Source: Candidatus Kaiserbacteria bacterium
GTDB taxonomy: Bacteria > Patescibacteriota > Minisyncoccia > Phycocordibacterales > UBA2100
Assembly: GCA_027083345.1 (NCBI GenBank)
Contig: JALWOZ010000008.1
Coordinates: 5,006-69,005, forward strand
DNA: 64,000 nucleotides
Direction: 5' to 3'
A model generated the notes under the pieces. It saw only the letters and a list, made by a program, of their open reading frames with translations. It did not search any database and was not told the origin of the DNA. Position numbers and translations under genes: made by a program. This document shows positions 38,626 through 48,795 of this stretch, piece after piece (position 1 is the first letter of the stretch; each line of letters begins with the position of its first letter).

Positions 38626-38811
38626 ATGAAAACTAATAAAAGTTACAAAAAGAGAATAAGAGTTACAAAGAATGGTAAGGTGCTAGCTCGCAAAACTGGT
38701 CAAGACCACTTTAACTCTAAGAACACAGGAGTGCAGCGCCTAGCTAAGAAACGTATGCGCAAACTAACATTAAGTCAGAGAATTAAGAGGCGTTTTTTAG
38801 CAGGAGTATAA
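38626..38811 (+). CDS. rpmI: 50S ribosomal protein L35
   Basis: MKTNKSYKKRIRVTKNGK..H; lies between infC and rplT. Confidence 0.93.
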   Translation: MKTNKSYKKRIRVTKNGKVLARKTGQDHFNSKNTGVQRLAKKRMRKLTLSQRIKRRFLAGV

Positions 38812-38825
38812 ATAAATTCTAAAAC

Positions 38826-39173
38826 ATGGTACGAGTAAAAAGAGGAACAACATCAAATAAAACACGTAAAAACGTATTAAAACAAGTAAAAGGTTATCGT
38901 TTTAATAGAAGCAACAAGGAGCGCGAAGCTCGCGTAGCCATTGCCCACGCTGGTAATCACGCATTTGCCCATAGACGCAAAAAGAAAGGCAACTTCCGAC
39001 GTCTATTTACCATTCGTATCAACGCCTCATTGCGCGCACTTGGCACAACATATAGCAAGTTTATAGATGCATTACATAAACAAAATATAGAGCTAAACCG
39101 CAAGGTACTCTCACAAATAGCACAAGAGTCTCCAGAATCTTTTAAAAGAATTATTTCTAAGGTTACTAAGTAA
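38826..39173 (+). CDS. rplT: 50S ribosomal protein L20
   Basis: MVRVKRG, KGY, FRRLFTIRINA, LNRKVLS. Confidence 0.97.
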   Translation: MVRVKRGTTSNKTRKNVLKQVKGYRFNRSNKEREARVAIAHAGNHAFAHRRKKKGNFRRLFTIRINASLRALGTTYSKFIDALHKQNIELNRKVLSQIAQESPESFKRIISKVTK

Positions 39174-39192
39174 AAAACTTTACTTAAAACAA

Positions 39193-40584
39193 CTAAAACT
39201 CTACCTCTACACTCTGATTGTGCTCCGGGACCACTGCATCTACTCCTAAAGCATCTCTGAGTCTCTGAGCCAAAAAAAGTGAGGAGCGTGGCTCGCCCAT
39301 TGCTATAAATACTTTCTTTAAGGTACTAGCTGTACTCTCTACAAACTTAACCAAATGACTACTATCTTTATGTGCTGAGAAGCCACTTATAGAGTTAACT
39401 CTTGCACGTACATGCACCTTCTCTTTATTAATATAAACAATTTTATTACCATCTTGTATCTGTCTACCAAGAGAGTGTACTGCTTGGTACCCAACAAAAA
39501 GTATCTCATTATCTTTGTCTCCTAAAAATCTCTTCTCATGACTAAGCACTCGCCCACCGACACTCATACCAGAGCTAGATATTATAATCTTAGCTCCCTT
39601 ATTTTTAGAGAGCTTTGCAGAACCTATTGAATTTTCTATTTCTATAAACTTAGGGAAATCAAAAATATCATCTCCGGCCTTAATCTCTGCCTGTACTCTA
39701 TCATTAAATATCCTTGTATACTTCCTAAATATGTCTGTAACCTTAGAGCCTAGTGGTGAATCCAAGTACACTGGTATACTCGGTACACTACCGCTCTCTA
39801 TAAGCTTATTAAGCTCATATAAGAGTATCTGTGTGCGTTGCATAGAGAAGGCCGGTATAAGCAAAGTACCTCCACTCTTAGCAGTACGCTTTATGGCTTT
39901 AGCTAATTTAGCAATTCGGTCTTCTCTATCTTCATGATCTCTATCGCCATACACACTCTCCATCAACAAATAATCTACATCCACTATCTTATCTGTTTCT
40001 CTCAACAAAGGTGCTGGGGTGTTACCTAAGTCCCCTGTAAAAACAAAAGTCTTTCTATCTTTGCCTACCCCTCTCTTCATCTCAACCATAACAGACCCTA
40101 ATATGTGCCCCGCCTCTAAAAAGCGAATAGACATATCTCCTATGCTAAACTCCTCATAATAGTCTTTGGATTGCCATAGGGCTAAAGCATCATCAACGTC
40201 TTTATTACTATATATAGGATCTCTACCTAGCTTACGTGCCTCTTCTCCCATCACTTTTACGGCATCTGCCAACATTGGTTTAGCTAGATCTTTAGTAGCA
40301 GGAGATGAATATATAACTCCATTAAAGCCGTCTTTGACTAGTTTGGGTACTTTACCTAAGTGGTCGGCGTGCGCATGAGTAACAATAAGCACATCTACCT
40401 TAGACGGATCGTAATCAAACTTACTATTTTGTTCAAATCCACCTTTAGCCTGTAATATGCCACAATCTATAAGGATAGTCTTACCCCTAACCTCAAACAT
40501 AAAGTTAGCACCCGTAACTGTACCCGCCCCACCGTAGAATGTTAGTCTGCTTTTTTGTTGATTATTTTTGTTTGACATATTCAT
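39193..40584 (-). CDS. MBL-fold beta-CASP ribonuclease
   Basis: GGAGTVTG, THAHADH, AGHILGS, FTGDLG, MESVYG, FSAH. Start uncertain (40578-40611). Confidence 0.92.
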   Translation of the reverse strand: MNMSNKNNQQKSRLTFYGGAGTVTGANFMFEVRGKTILIDCGILQAKGGFEQNSKFDYDPSKVDVLIVTHAHADHLGKVPKLVKDGFNGVIYSSPATKDLAKPMLADAVKVMGEEARKLGRDPIYSNKDVDDALALWQSKDYYEEFSIGDMSIRFLEAGHILGSVMVEMKRGVGKDRKTFVFTGDLGNTPAPLLRETDKIVDVDYLLMESVYGDRDHEDREDRIAKLAKAIKRTAKSGGTLLIPAFSMQRTQILLYELNKLIESGSVPSIPVYLDSPLGSKVTDIFRKYTRIFNDRVQAEIKAGDDIFDFPKFIEIENSIGSAKLSKNKGAKIIISSSGMSVGGRVLSHEKRFLGDKDNEILFVGYQAVHSLGRQIQDGNKIVYINKEKVHVRARVNSISGFSAHKDSSHLVKFVESTASTLKKVFIAMGEPRSSLFLAQRLRDALGVDAVVPEHNQSVEVEF

Positions 40585-40612
40585 TGTAATTGTTATTATA
40601 TTTATAACCATA

Positions 40613-40656
40613 CCTGCCTAAGGCAGGCTCCGACCCCCCGCTTTACGGCGGGGGGG
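40613..40656. repeat. Two GC-rich palindromes after the toxin gene
   Basis: cctgcct-a-aggcagg (40613-40627) and ccccccgc-tttacg-gcgggggg (40634-40655). Confidence 0.7.
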
Positions 40657-41043
40657 TTATTTTATACCATTTATATTTTTCATTTTGTTTATTATATTAT
40701 TAAATTCGTCTAGGTCTAACCTCCTTATATTTCTGCTTAACCTCTTACTACTCACTGTCCTGCTCTGTGTGAGTGCCAAATAAGATATGACATCTCCTCG
40801 TGATAATTTATAGTAAAACCTAGCATTACCTCCAGACTTAGTCATTGGTATAACTAAACACGTATCATTAGCAAATCTCTTTATTACTAGTACAGGTCTC
40901 TCAAATAACTTACCAACACCATCCTGTTCATGACCTATGTTAACACCAATAGACGCCCACCAAATCTCTCGGCGCTTTGGATAACCGTGTCGTATGTTAT
41001 TTATCTTCTGCTTCTCTATACACCAAGCATCAAAGTCTTTCAT
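40657..41043 (-). CDS. PemK/MazF-family endoribonuclease toxin, no adjacent protein antitoxin
   Basis: KRREIWW..G.NIGHEQDG..ERPVLVI..VIPMT..LTQSRTVSSKRL. Confidence 0.88.
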   Translation of the reverse strand: MKDFDAWCIEKQKINNIRHGYPKRREIWWASIGVNIGHEQDGVGKLFERPVLVIKRFANDTCLVIPMTKSGGNARFYYKLSRGDVISYLALTQSRTVSSKRLSRNIRRLDLDEFNNIINKMKNINGIK

Positions 41044-41065
41044 AACTAAAAGTATACCACGGCCA

Positions 41066-41216
41066 GATACGAAAAAACCGACAACAAAAGTCGGATTCTT
41101 CGTATCGCGGGTTTATTGACCTGAGCAATTCAGGTGGGTGCTCGCAACTATTTGCCAAGACAAACAGCAATATAAAGCTCCCTTTATATGATTATTCGGT
41201 AATAATCCCCGCGACT
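41066..41216 (-). ncRNA. Candidate multibranched ncRNA with its own promoter and terminator
   Basis: Minus-strand TATAAT at 41223-41228; closing stem tcgcggg/cccgcga enclosing three hairpins; then ccgac/gtcgg hairpin plus U6. Confidence 0.6.
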
Positions 41217-41262
41217 TAATGTATTATACCTTACTTTAGTAAAATGTTAATTCACCTACTCC

Positions 41263-41736
41263 CTATTTACCCATAAGCTTATCTGAGTAAACCATCTCTG
41301 CATCAGGACGATTATAGTCAAACAACTCATCCTCTGTAAAGAATCTGGCAACCTCCTTTTCACCATTTTCGGGAGAGTCTGAGGCGTGTACTAAATTAGA
41401 CTGAGTAGAAAGAGCTAAATCGCCTCGTATAGTACCGGCATCTGCAACAACAGCGTCAGTAACCCCAACTATAATACGCGTAGCCTTAACTGCATTAAAA
41501 CCGGAGATCACCATAAGCACAACTGGTGCTGACTGCATAAACCCCTTAACATCAGGAAAGAATGGTTTATCAGCTATATGGCTATAATGCTCATCCAATG
41601 CAACGTCACTAAGCTTGGTCATCTTAGTACCTATAATTTTAAGCCCCTTGCGCTCCAGACGATGCACTACTTCACCGAATAAACCTCTTACTAACGCATC
41701 TGGCTTGATAATAATTAAAACTTTCTCTTCTTTCAT
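41263..41736 (-). CDS. ndk: Nucleoside diphosphate kinase
   Basis: IIKPDA, HY.H..KPFF, GTIRGD, NLVHASDS. Confidence 0.97.
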   Translation of the reverse strand: MKEEKVLIIIKPDALVRGLFGEVVHRLERKGLKIIGTKMTKLSDVALDEHYSHIADKPFFPDVKGFMQSAPVVLMVISGFNAVKATRIIVGVTDAVVADAGTIRGDLALSTQSNLVHASDSPENGEKEVARFFTEDELFDYNRPDAEMVYSDKLMGK

Positions 41737-41797
41737 ATTTAAACTTATATATTTATAATTGCCCGCAACTTTAACACATTACTTTCCAGTAGCAAGA

Positions 41798-44749
41798 TTA
41801 GAATCCGGAGATACCGGCGAAGGGGTCTGTTGGTTGTATCGGATTCTGTGGCTCTTTCTTTTTATATCTCTCTTGTATCTCTGCCTCTACCTCCTCTCTC
41901 GGTCTACCATATTTATTATATGACTCTTGTTTCAACTCCTCTATATGAGAGTAATCGGGTTCGTCGACTACAGGGAAAGTGATTATATCAAACGGAGCTG
42001 TCGGAGAGCCCCCAACGAGCATTTTTAAGTAAGCATTCCTATTCGGTAAACCTGTAATATCTCCAGCATTAAACTCAGGTTGAAACTCTTTCTCCAAAAA
42101 CTCTGCATCCTCTTGAGAGACCCTAAAGATGCATTTAGTACCGACATTACCAAATACAGCATCTCGTATTTCATCACTAAGTTGCTTTATGTATTGGTGG
42201 GCTAAATTAAGACTTAAAGCATATTTACGAGCCTCAGAGAGTATTGTAGCGATACTAGGTGTTGTAAAATTTTGGAATTCGTCTATATATAAGTAGAAGG
42301 GGTGCCTTTCTTCTTCAGGTAGATCTACCCTTGCAAGAGCAGACTGGAGTATCTTACTTACAAATATAAGTCCTAAAAGCTCTGCATTAATATCTCCAAT
42401 ACGACCCTTAGAGAGATTGACGAGTAATATTTTCTTATTGTTCATTATGTCAGATATACTAAAGGCACTCTTAGACTGAGCGATAATAGGACGCATTATC
42501 TCATTACCCATAAAGAGGTCTGTCTTAGCAGTGATATATGGCACTATATTCTCTAAGCTTGCTTCACCGCCCGCCTTCTCTGCTATCTCCTCCCAGAATT
42601 GGTTTACAACAGGGTTTTGACTGCGGGCTAAACAACTATGGCGAAATTCCTTATCAGAGAGCACTCTGGAGATATCTCCTATCGTAGCCGTACCATGCTC
42701 CATGCCCTCAAGTACCAACATAGCAGAGTTACGGAAGTATTGCTCAAACATAGGCCCCATACTCTCGGGACTCTTCTTGCCAAATATCTGCATGAAAATC
42801 TGGAAGAGCTCATTAACTACAAAAGTCTTTTCTTTTGGATCGTCCTTATTAAACTCCATAAAATTAAGACCCATAGGCATATCTGTATAACCAGGATCAA
42901 AATATATTACATCATTATGTCTATTTTCTGGCACGCTAGCTAATACATCCATAATATCTGAACCGTGCGGATCTATATAACAACAACCCTCTCCATTATT
43001 AATATCTTGTATTATCATCTGCTTCATCAAGAATGTTTTACCTGTACCGGTCTGGCCTATCTCATAAAAATGCCTCATCCTATCTATGCTACCAAATTTA
43101 ACTATGGTCTCATTAACCCCAAACTTATTCTTACCTAAGACTATGCCTTCTGTGTCTCCTACATCTATAGGAGCTGGTTTGTGTTTTGCCTTGTTTTGTT
43201 TTAACTCACGACTCGTTGATACAGCCTGCCCAGTTAAGTGATACATAGTTGTGAGCTCCTCTATAGATAAAGGGATTTGTTGTGAAGATGCAAAAATTCT
43301 CATAATAAATCCTCTCAGAGATTTGTTCAATTTAGCTCCTTTTAATCGCTTCCATACTATTACATTGCCTTGCCCTTTATCAAACTGATTAAATGTACTT
43401 GTTATATCCTCAAGAATCTCAACAGCACGAGGCCTAGTTGAGGCACTGGCAACTGCACGCACCGTTACGGGCACAACTCTTTTTGAGGATTTCTCAGTTA
43501 TAAGGTCTAGAGTTATCTGGTCTACAACATTAGACTGGGCATCCTCCCCTCTAGGAGACCTTATTGTATTTTTAAAATCAACCCATACCTTACTCCACAC
43601 TCCTCTATTCTTAGCTATGGCATCCTCGACGGTGTCTCCTTTGCGGATAGCATCTATTATTTTTTTATATTTTTTATTTATACTTGTCCCCTTATTGCCT
43701 ATGACAAATTGTAAAGATGCTCCTTCTCCATGTTTCTGCAATTTAGAAAAGGCAGACAAAATCACATTCAAAGGATCATGTGTAAACTCTTTATAAACTT
43801 TAAGCGGATATATCTCATCTCTACCCAACTGCGCCTCAGCACAAGCATCTTCTCCAGAGTTATTAAAGATATTATAATCATTACGTTGCTCCTCTATAAC
43901 AGCGTCAGGGAATATAGACAAAAAATGCTTCTCAAACATACCTTTTTTAGTTACTGGAACCGATACATAGAAAATAGCCTCCTCACTCCCCTCACTGACG
44001 GCTACCTCCACAGTAAATACTTTATTATTCTTCTTAGCTAATCCAAGAAAGTCCTTCCCCCCGTCGGTAGTAGTTAACAACCCTAGATACAATTGCTCCA
44101 TTGCGCCTAATAACTTCTCTAGCTCTTGTGCCTTATCACTCTCCTCTTTACTCTTAGGGGAGGAGACAGACACCTTGTACAATGTCATATGTAATGCTTG
44201 CCATATTTCCCCCGTATGTCGCAAATCTTTAACAGGCATACCCTCTTGTACATATTGAGCTAATATTCTATGTAAGTCATCCTCTATATGGTGATTACCT
44301 ATCTTTTTAGCCACTATTAAGGCATTCTTAATTCCCCTATCACGTGCTAAAGCCAACAGCTCATCTATTTGCCTATCATGCTCCTCTTGCTCTAAGCCTA
44401 TAGCCACTCCGGCCGACTCGTACTCCCCCATGGCATAATCATCTTGCAACACATTTTGCACAGGCTCTACTGAGTAGTCTTTGATAACTCTTTTATGTGC
44501 TCTGTCTGACTCAAACTTATTACCACCTAAATCTAAATTATCTGGATGGGCTTGCAATTTCTCTTGGTGAGCCACCTTAGCCCTGAGATACTCCAACTCC
44601 TCTTGAGGGGAACTGAACCTATTGTCTACCGAATCTTTCTTTATGTTCACCTGCCCAGAGGCCGAATCCCTAACCTTTTTATTAGTATGCTCAGGTGGCG
44701 TAACAGTCTCATTTAGTATTATTGGTTCTTGTGCAATCTCCTTAGACAT
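41798..44749 (-). CDS. VirB4/VirD4/HerA-like ATPase (CPR-type)
   Basis: DRMRHFYEIGQTGTGKT, YIDPHG, LYIDEFQNF, LSEARKY, AHQY, FGNVGT. Confidence 0.88.
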   Translation of the reverse strand: MSKEIAQEPIILNETVTPPEHTNKKVRDSASGQVNIKKDSVDNRFSSPQEELEYLRAKVAHQEKLQAHPDNLDLGGNKFESDRAHKRVIKDYSVEPVQNVLQDDYAMGEYESAGVAIGLEQEEHDRQIDELLALARDRGIKNALIVAKKIGNHHIEDDLHRILAQYVQEGMPVKDLRHTGEIWQALHMTLYKVSVSSPKSKEESDKAQELEKLLGAMEQLYLGLLTTTDGGKDFLGLAKKNNKVFTVEVAVSEGSEEAIFYVSVPVTKKGMFEKHFLSIFPDAVIEEQRNDYNIFNNSGEDACAEAQLGRDEIYPLKVYKEFTHDPLNVILSAFSKLQKHGEGASLQFVIGNKGTSINKKYKKIIDAIRKGDTVEDAIAKNRGVWSKVWVDFKNTIRSPRGEDAQSNVVDQITLDLITEKSSKRVVPVTVRAVASASTRPRAVEILEDITSTFNQFDKGQGNVIVWKRLKGAKLNKSLRGFIMRIFASSQQIPLSIEELTTMYHLTGQAVSTSRELKQNKAKHKPAPIDVGDTEGIVLGKNKFGVNETIVKFGSIDRMRHFYEIGQTGTGKTFLMKQMIIQDINNGEGCCYIDPHGSDIMDVLASVPENRHNDVIYFDPGYTDMPMGLNFMEFNKDDPKEKTFVVNELFQIFMQIFGKKSPESMGPMFEQYFRNSAMLVLEGMEHGTATIGDISRVLSDKEFRHSCLARSQNPVVNQFWEEIAEKAGGEASLENIVPYITAKTDLFMGNEIMRPIIAQSKSAFSISDIMNNKKILLVNLSKGRIGDINAELLGLIFVSKILQSALARVDLPEEERHPFYLYIDEFQNFTTPSIATILSEARKYALSLNLAHQYIKQLSDEIRDAVFGNVGTKCIFRVSQEDAEFLEKEFQPEFNAGDITGLPNRNAYLKMLVGGSPTAPFDIITFPVVDEPDYSHIEELKQESYNKYGRPREEVEAEIQERYKKKEPQNPIQPTDPFAGISGF

Positions 44750-44765
44750 TGCACTAATTATACCA

Positions 44766-46529
44766 CTATTTTTTAATCAATTTTTCTAAGGCCTTAATAT
44801 CTTTCTCAATCATGTTCATACCGTCTTGCCAAAACTTCTCTGTTTTTACATCTACACCAATACTCTTAAATATATACTCCGGAGTACCACTACCCCCAGC
44901 AGAGAGGAATTTATCTATTTGTTTTATATAACTTTTATCTTGTTTATATCTCTCAAATAATACATTACTTATCAATTGTCCAAAAGCATATGAATATACA
45001 TAAAAATGCCTACGAAAGTGTCCTATATATACAAAAGAGTATCCATCTAGCTCATCTACCTTAACACCTTTGCCTAAATACGCTCTCAGGTGCTTAACCA
45101 ATAATTTAGCTATGCTCTCTTTTGACAGCCAACCATTACTCCTTATAGCATTATTTAACTCAAGCTCAAAATTAAAGAAAGCCACTTGCCTAAATATCGT
45201 TGCTATATCGTCTTGTATTTTATTATGCAGAGCAATTATCTTCTCATTCTCACTTAGAGTTTGGAATATCTTATCAAAAGCAACTCTCTCGAAAAAAGTA
45301 CTAGCAGTCTCTGCTACTGCTGTAGAATAATTTTGATATATTATAGGTTGAGTTTTAGACCTCTCGGTATGTATAGCATGGCCCATCTCGTGAGCTAAAG
45401 TATAAAGAGAATTTAAATCGTCTGTATGATTAAGTAGAATCATAGTTGGCATATTTATATTGCCTGAGCAATATGCTCCACCACTTTTACCTACTTTGGG
45501 ATACGCATCCACCTGCCCATTACTTATAAGCTTGTTAAATATATCTCCATATTCTTTATCTACATCATAAAAAGCAGACGAAACAATCTTTACGGCCCTG
45601 TTATAACTAATTCTCTTATTACTCTTACCCACAGGAGCGCTCCTATCTGCATAATACATTTCACTAAGACCCAGCATTCTTTGTTTAATATGCATAAACT
45701 TATGCACTAACTTATAATTATCTGTAACAACCTTAATAAGAGACGCGACACTGCTGAGAGAGTTCTCATAACCTATTATGGTAGCGTCATACGGATTTTT
45801 AAATCCTCTCATTTCATCACTCACTTTTTTGTTAGTATATATTGCATTGATCTCACTCTCTGGGAACTCGCTAATACTCTCTAGCTTTTCCATAACTGCC
45901 TTACTCCATGCTCGACGCTTAGTAGCGCTCTCCATATGTGGAGATCTACTTAATACATCGTTTATAGGCATCTCCTCTTTACCCATACGCACAACCTGTT
46001 TGTTTACCAACTTCTCCACACCGGAGACCCACAAAGAAGACCTCGAGGGTGAGGTGAGTGCTAACACCCTCTCTTCTGCCTCACTTAATGTATATTTACC
46101 TTCTAAAAATAATCTCTGTAAGTAATATTTATATTTTTTAAGAGTCTTATCTGCCAAAAAGACTTTCTGTTGCTTTTTACTTATTTTTGATAATCTATTC
46201 TCAAAAAACATTACAAGAGTACCAGCTTTAGTGAGCCTATCTTGTAATTTCATAATTAACGCATCAGCATCTGCTCTAGATCCGTCAAGCTCTCTAACAT
46301 AGAATGCATAATATAAAGCTTTGTTTCCAGGTAGCTCATTGAGAGCTTCGTACCTCTCTAATGCAACCAAAAGCCCCCTAGAGTCCTTGAGCCAACTGTC
46401 GTTCTTATAAAAATCTTTACTAAACTTTCTATACGCTCTTTCCGTCTTCTCTATATCTCTATCTATGCGTTCGTCTTTTAATGAGTTATACAAAAGTGTT
46501 AAATCCCACTTTGTCTGCACCTTAGACAT
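44766..46529 (-). CDS. pepF: M3 oligoendopeptidase F
   Basis: WDLTLLY, GKSGGAYC, TLAHEMGH, AETASTFFE, HF..FYVYSYAFG. Confidence 0.92.
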   Translation of the reverse strand: MSKVQTKWDLTLLYNSLKDERIDRDIEKTERAYRKFSKDFYKNDSWLKDSRGLLVALERYEALNELPGNKALYYAFYVRELDGSRADADALIMKLQDRLTKAGTLVMFFENRLSKISKKQQKVFLADKTLKKYKYYLQRLFLEGKYTLSEAEERVLALTSPSRSSLWVSGVEKLVNKQVVRMGKEEMPINDVLSRSPHMESATKRRAWSKAVMEKLESISEFPESEINAIYTNKKVSDEMRGFKNPYDATIIGYENSLSSVASLIKVVTDNYKLVHKFMHIKQRMLGLSEMYYADRSAPVGKSNKRISYNRAVKIVSSAFYDVDKEYGDIFNKLISNGQVDAYPKVGKSGGAYCSGNINMPTMILLNHTDDLNSLYTLAHEMGHAIHTERSKTQPIIYQNYSTAVAETASTFFERVAFDKIFQTLSENEKIIALHNKIQDDIATIFRQVAFFNFELELNNAIRSNGWLSKESIAKLLVKHLRAYLGKGVKVDELDGYSFVYIGHFRRHFYVYSYAFGQLISNVLFERYKQDKSYIKQIDKFLSAGGSGTPEYIFKSIGVDVKTEKFWQDGMNMIEKDIKALEKLIKK

Positions 46530-46533
46530 TATA

Positions 46534-46911
46534 TTAAACTTTTGTTATTTTAACCAAAGTATACGGTTGACGATGTCCAAGTTTACGAAAATAACGACTC
46601 TTAGCTCGAAAGCGGATAACATGTAACTTTTTATCTCTATCGTCTGCCACTAAAGTAGCCTCTACCTTAGAACCTTCTATTGTGGGAGTACCTATTTTAG
46701 TGTCTTTGCCATCATCTGTTAATAATACATTATCAAAAACTATCTTATCTCCCTCTTTGCGTTTATCTGCACCAGATAATTGCTCCACTTTCAATAAATC
46801 ACCTTCACGTACAACATATTGTTTACCTCCAGTAGCTATCACCGCAAAACCAGCGTTTACATTAGTTTTAGTTTCTTTTTTTGTATCTTTGTTTGTTGTA
46901 TCCTGAGCCAT
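46534..46911 (-). CDS. rplU: 50S ribosomal protein L21
   Basis: FAVIATGGKQYVVREGD, IGTP, GHRQPYT. Confidence 0.97.
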   Translation of the reverse strand: MAQDTTNKDTKKETKTNVNAGFAVIATGGKQYVVREGDLLKVEQLSGADKRKEGDKIVFDNVLLTDDGKDTKIGTPTIEGSKVEATLVADDRDKKLHVIRFRAKSRYFRKLGHRQPYTLVKITKV

Positions 46912-46932
46912 AATAGGCGCTATGATACTAGA

Positions 46933-47349
46933 TTATGATTGATAGTCAAGCAATTTTTTACCCTCTCCATAACGTTTAGTAAGTATATAATCTATAACAA
47001 CCCCTGCAATAGACCCAGCTATAAGAACCCACCAAAACAATCCCCACCCTATATCACCACTAGCTAACATGCTAGTTGCCAATAATAAAGACATCCAAGA
47101 ACCTCCATCTACCCCTCTTAGAACAGGACCAACTTTCATCTTTGGGTACAACGGGTGCACAGTAAATAAACCGTACATACCTATAACTATACCTAGCGTT
47201 ATCCTATTAAACATTATTGCCCAAAAAGTGGCATTACTCCAATCAAATGCTCCTTGTATACCGTGAGTCGATGCTACATAACTGGCCACTAACCCTATAA
47301 TAACTCCCAGGCTAGCTCCAACTAATAATCTCTTTGTAAAATTATTCAT
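46933..47349 (-). CDS. Hypothetical four-TM membrane protein
   Basis: Four Gly-rich hydrophobic segments. Confidence 0.7.
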   Translation of the reverse strand: MNNFTKRLLVGASLGVIIGLVASYVASTHGIQGAFDWSNATFWAIMFNRITLGIVIGMYGLFTVHPLYPKMKVGPVLRGVDGGSWMSLLLATSMLASGDIGWGLFWWVLIAGSIAGVVIDYILTKRYGEGKKLLDYQS

Positions 47350-47380
47350 AATAATTATATTATTATATTAATAAACATTT

Positions 47381-47500
47381 TTAGAAAGACGATGTAATAA
47401 GTACTATACCAAAACTAATCGCTATAATTATAGTAAATCCAAATAAAAATCTAAAAAAAGAATCCGTAAACAAGTTATTAAACTTTTTTTGCCATGTCAT
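47381..47500 (-). CDS. Small single-TM peptide (39 aa)
   Basis: MTWQKKF..FFRFLFGFTIIIAISFGIV; TATAAT 7 nt upstream of ATG 47500. Confidence 0.45.
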   Translation of the reverse strand: MTWQKKFNNLFTDSFFRFLFGFTIIIAISFGIVLITSSF

Positions 47501-47547
47501 ATTTTTATTATACACCATAACAACAAAAGTGTATAATAAAATACACA

Positions 47548-48795
47548 ATGTTACAAAAAATAAAAAAGAGAGTAGCATCTATAGATGTAGAGACTATTTA
47601 TTTAGCTAAGGGAGGTTTTTGGCTTATGATGGCCAAAAGCTCTAGTGCTTTAAGCTCTTTAATCGTTACTATTGTATTAACAAACTTACTCCCTAAAGAA
47701 GAGTTCGGGCAATACACTTTTATATTATCCGTGGTAGCCATAATCACCATCTTCACGTTACCGGGTATGGGTACTGCTATCATCCGTTATAAAGCATTGA
47801 GTCATGACTTAAACTTACAAAAAATAGCTAAGTCTAAAATATTGTATGGACTACTAGGTTCCGTCGTTAGTCTACTCGGTGCTTTTTATTATTATTTACA
47901 TGACAACAATCTAACCCTCACTTATGCATTTATCATTACAGCAATATTCATCCCTCTATATGAGGCATTTTTTATATACTCTTTTTATTATAAAGGATGC
48001 AAAAACTTCAAAACTCCAGCCATATACGAATCCATTTCTAAGGTGGCACAAGCAATAATAATGCTGACAACAATTCTATTAACGAAGTCTATCCTAGCAC
48101 TTCTGTTCTCCTTCTTTTTGGGTATAACCATAACAAGATTATTCTTTTATAAAAAGATGATTAAGTCAACATACGCGAGACACGATGATAACTCTAGTAT
48201 AGAAGTAATCAAATATGGTAAGTACCTCACCCTTATAGCTATATTTGGGATTATATTAGCTAATTTAGATAAGTTATTGCTTTGGCACTACTTTGGCGCA
48301 GAGTCTACGGCAATATATGCCATTGCCATATTAATACCAACTACTCTATCAATACCTATAGAATTACTTGCCCAAGTTTTATTTCCTAAATTATCTAATC
48401 TCAAACTATACAATAAGGCAACTTTACACAAAACTCTAAAAGAGATGCTCAAATTATCTAGTTTGTCATTGTTAATACCGATATTTTATATACCTACTGC
48501 ACCACTATTTTTTAAACTATTATTCCCCTCATATACTGAGAGTATCTTACAAACTCAGATCATGGCGTTGCTCGTACCCTTGCTTGTATTAAATGCCTTC
48601 ATGTGGAATTTATTATTAGCACAAAAAAAGACAAGATACATGCCATCTATTTTAATCATTGGCATAATTATACAACTGTTGACTTTCTTTATCTTTAAAG
48701 ATTATCTAGATACTTTTGTTATCTACCTTATGATCGGCGTATACAACATTGCAATAATATCATCCTCATACTTAGCCATGAGGTACGCAGAGTAA
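47548..48795 (+). CDS. Wzx-type oligosaccharide flippase
   Basis: L..EEFGQY, LPGMGTAIIR, NLDKLLL..FG....IY; about 12 TM. Confidence 0.87.
   Translation: MLQKIKKRVASIDVETIYLAKGGFWLMMAKSSSALSSLIVTIVLTNLLPKEEFGQYTFILSVVAIITIFTLPGMGTAIIRYKALSHDLNLQKIAKSKILYGLLGSVVSLLGAFYYYLHDNNLTLTYAFIITAIFIPLYEAFFIYSFYYKGCKNFKTPAIYESISKVAQAIIMLTTILLTKSILALLFSFFLGITITRLFFYKKMIKSTYARHDDNSSIEVIKYGKYLTLIAIFGIILANLDKLLLWHYFGAESTAIYAIAILIPTTLSIPIELLAQVLFPKLSNLKLYNKATLHKTLKEMLKLSSLSLLIPIFYIPTAPLFFKLLFPSYTESILQTQIMALLVPLLVLNAFMWNLLLAQKKTRYMPSILIIGIIIQLLTFFIFKDYLDTFVIYLMIGVYNIAIISSSYLAMRYAE

Noticed and set aside
41798-44749. Conjugative element or T4SS
   Set aside because: A lone VirB4/VirD4-like ATPase between ndk and pepF, with no relaxase or mating-pair genes nearby.
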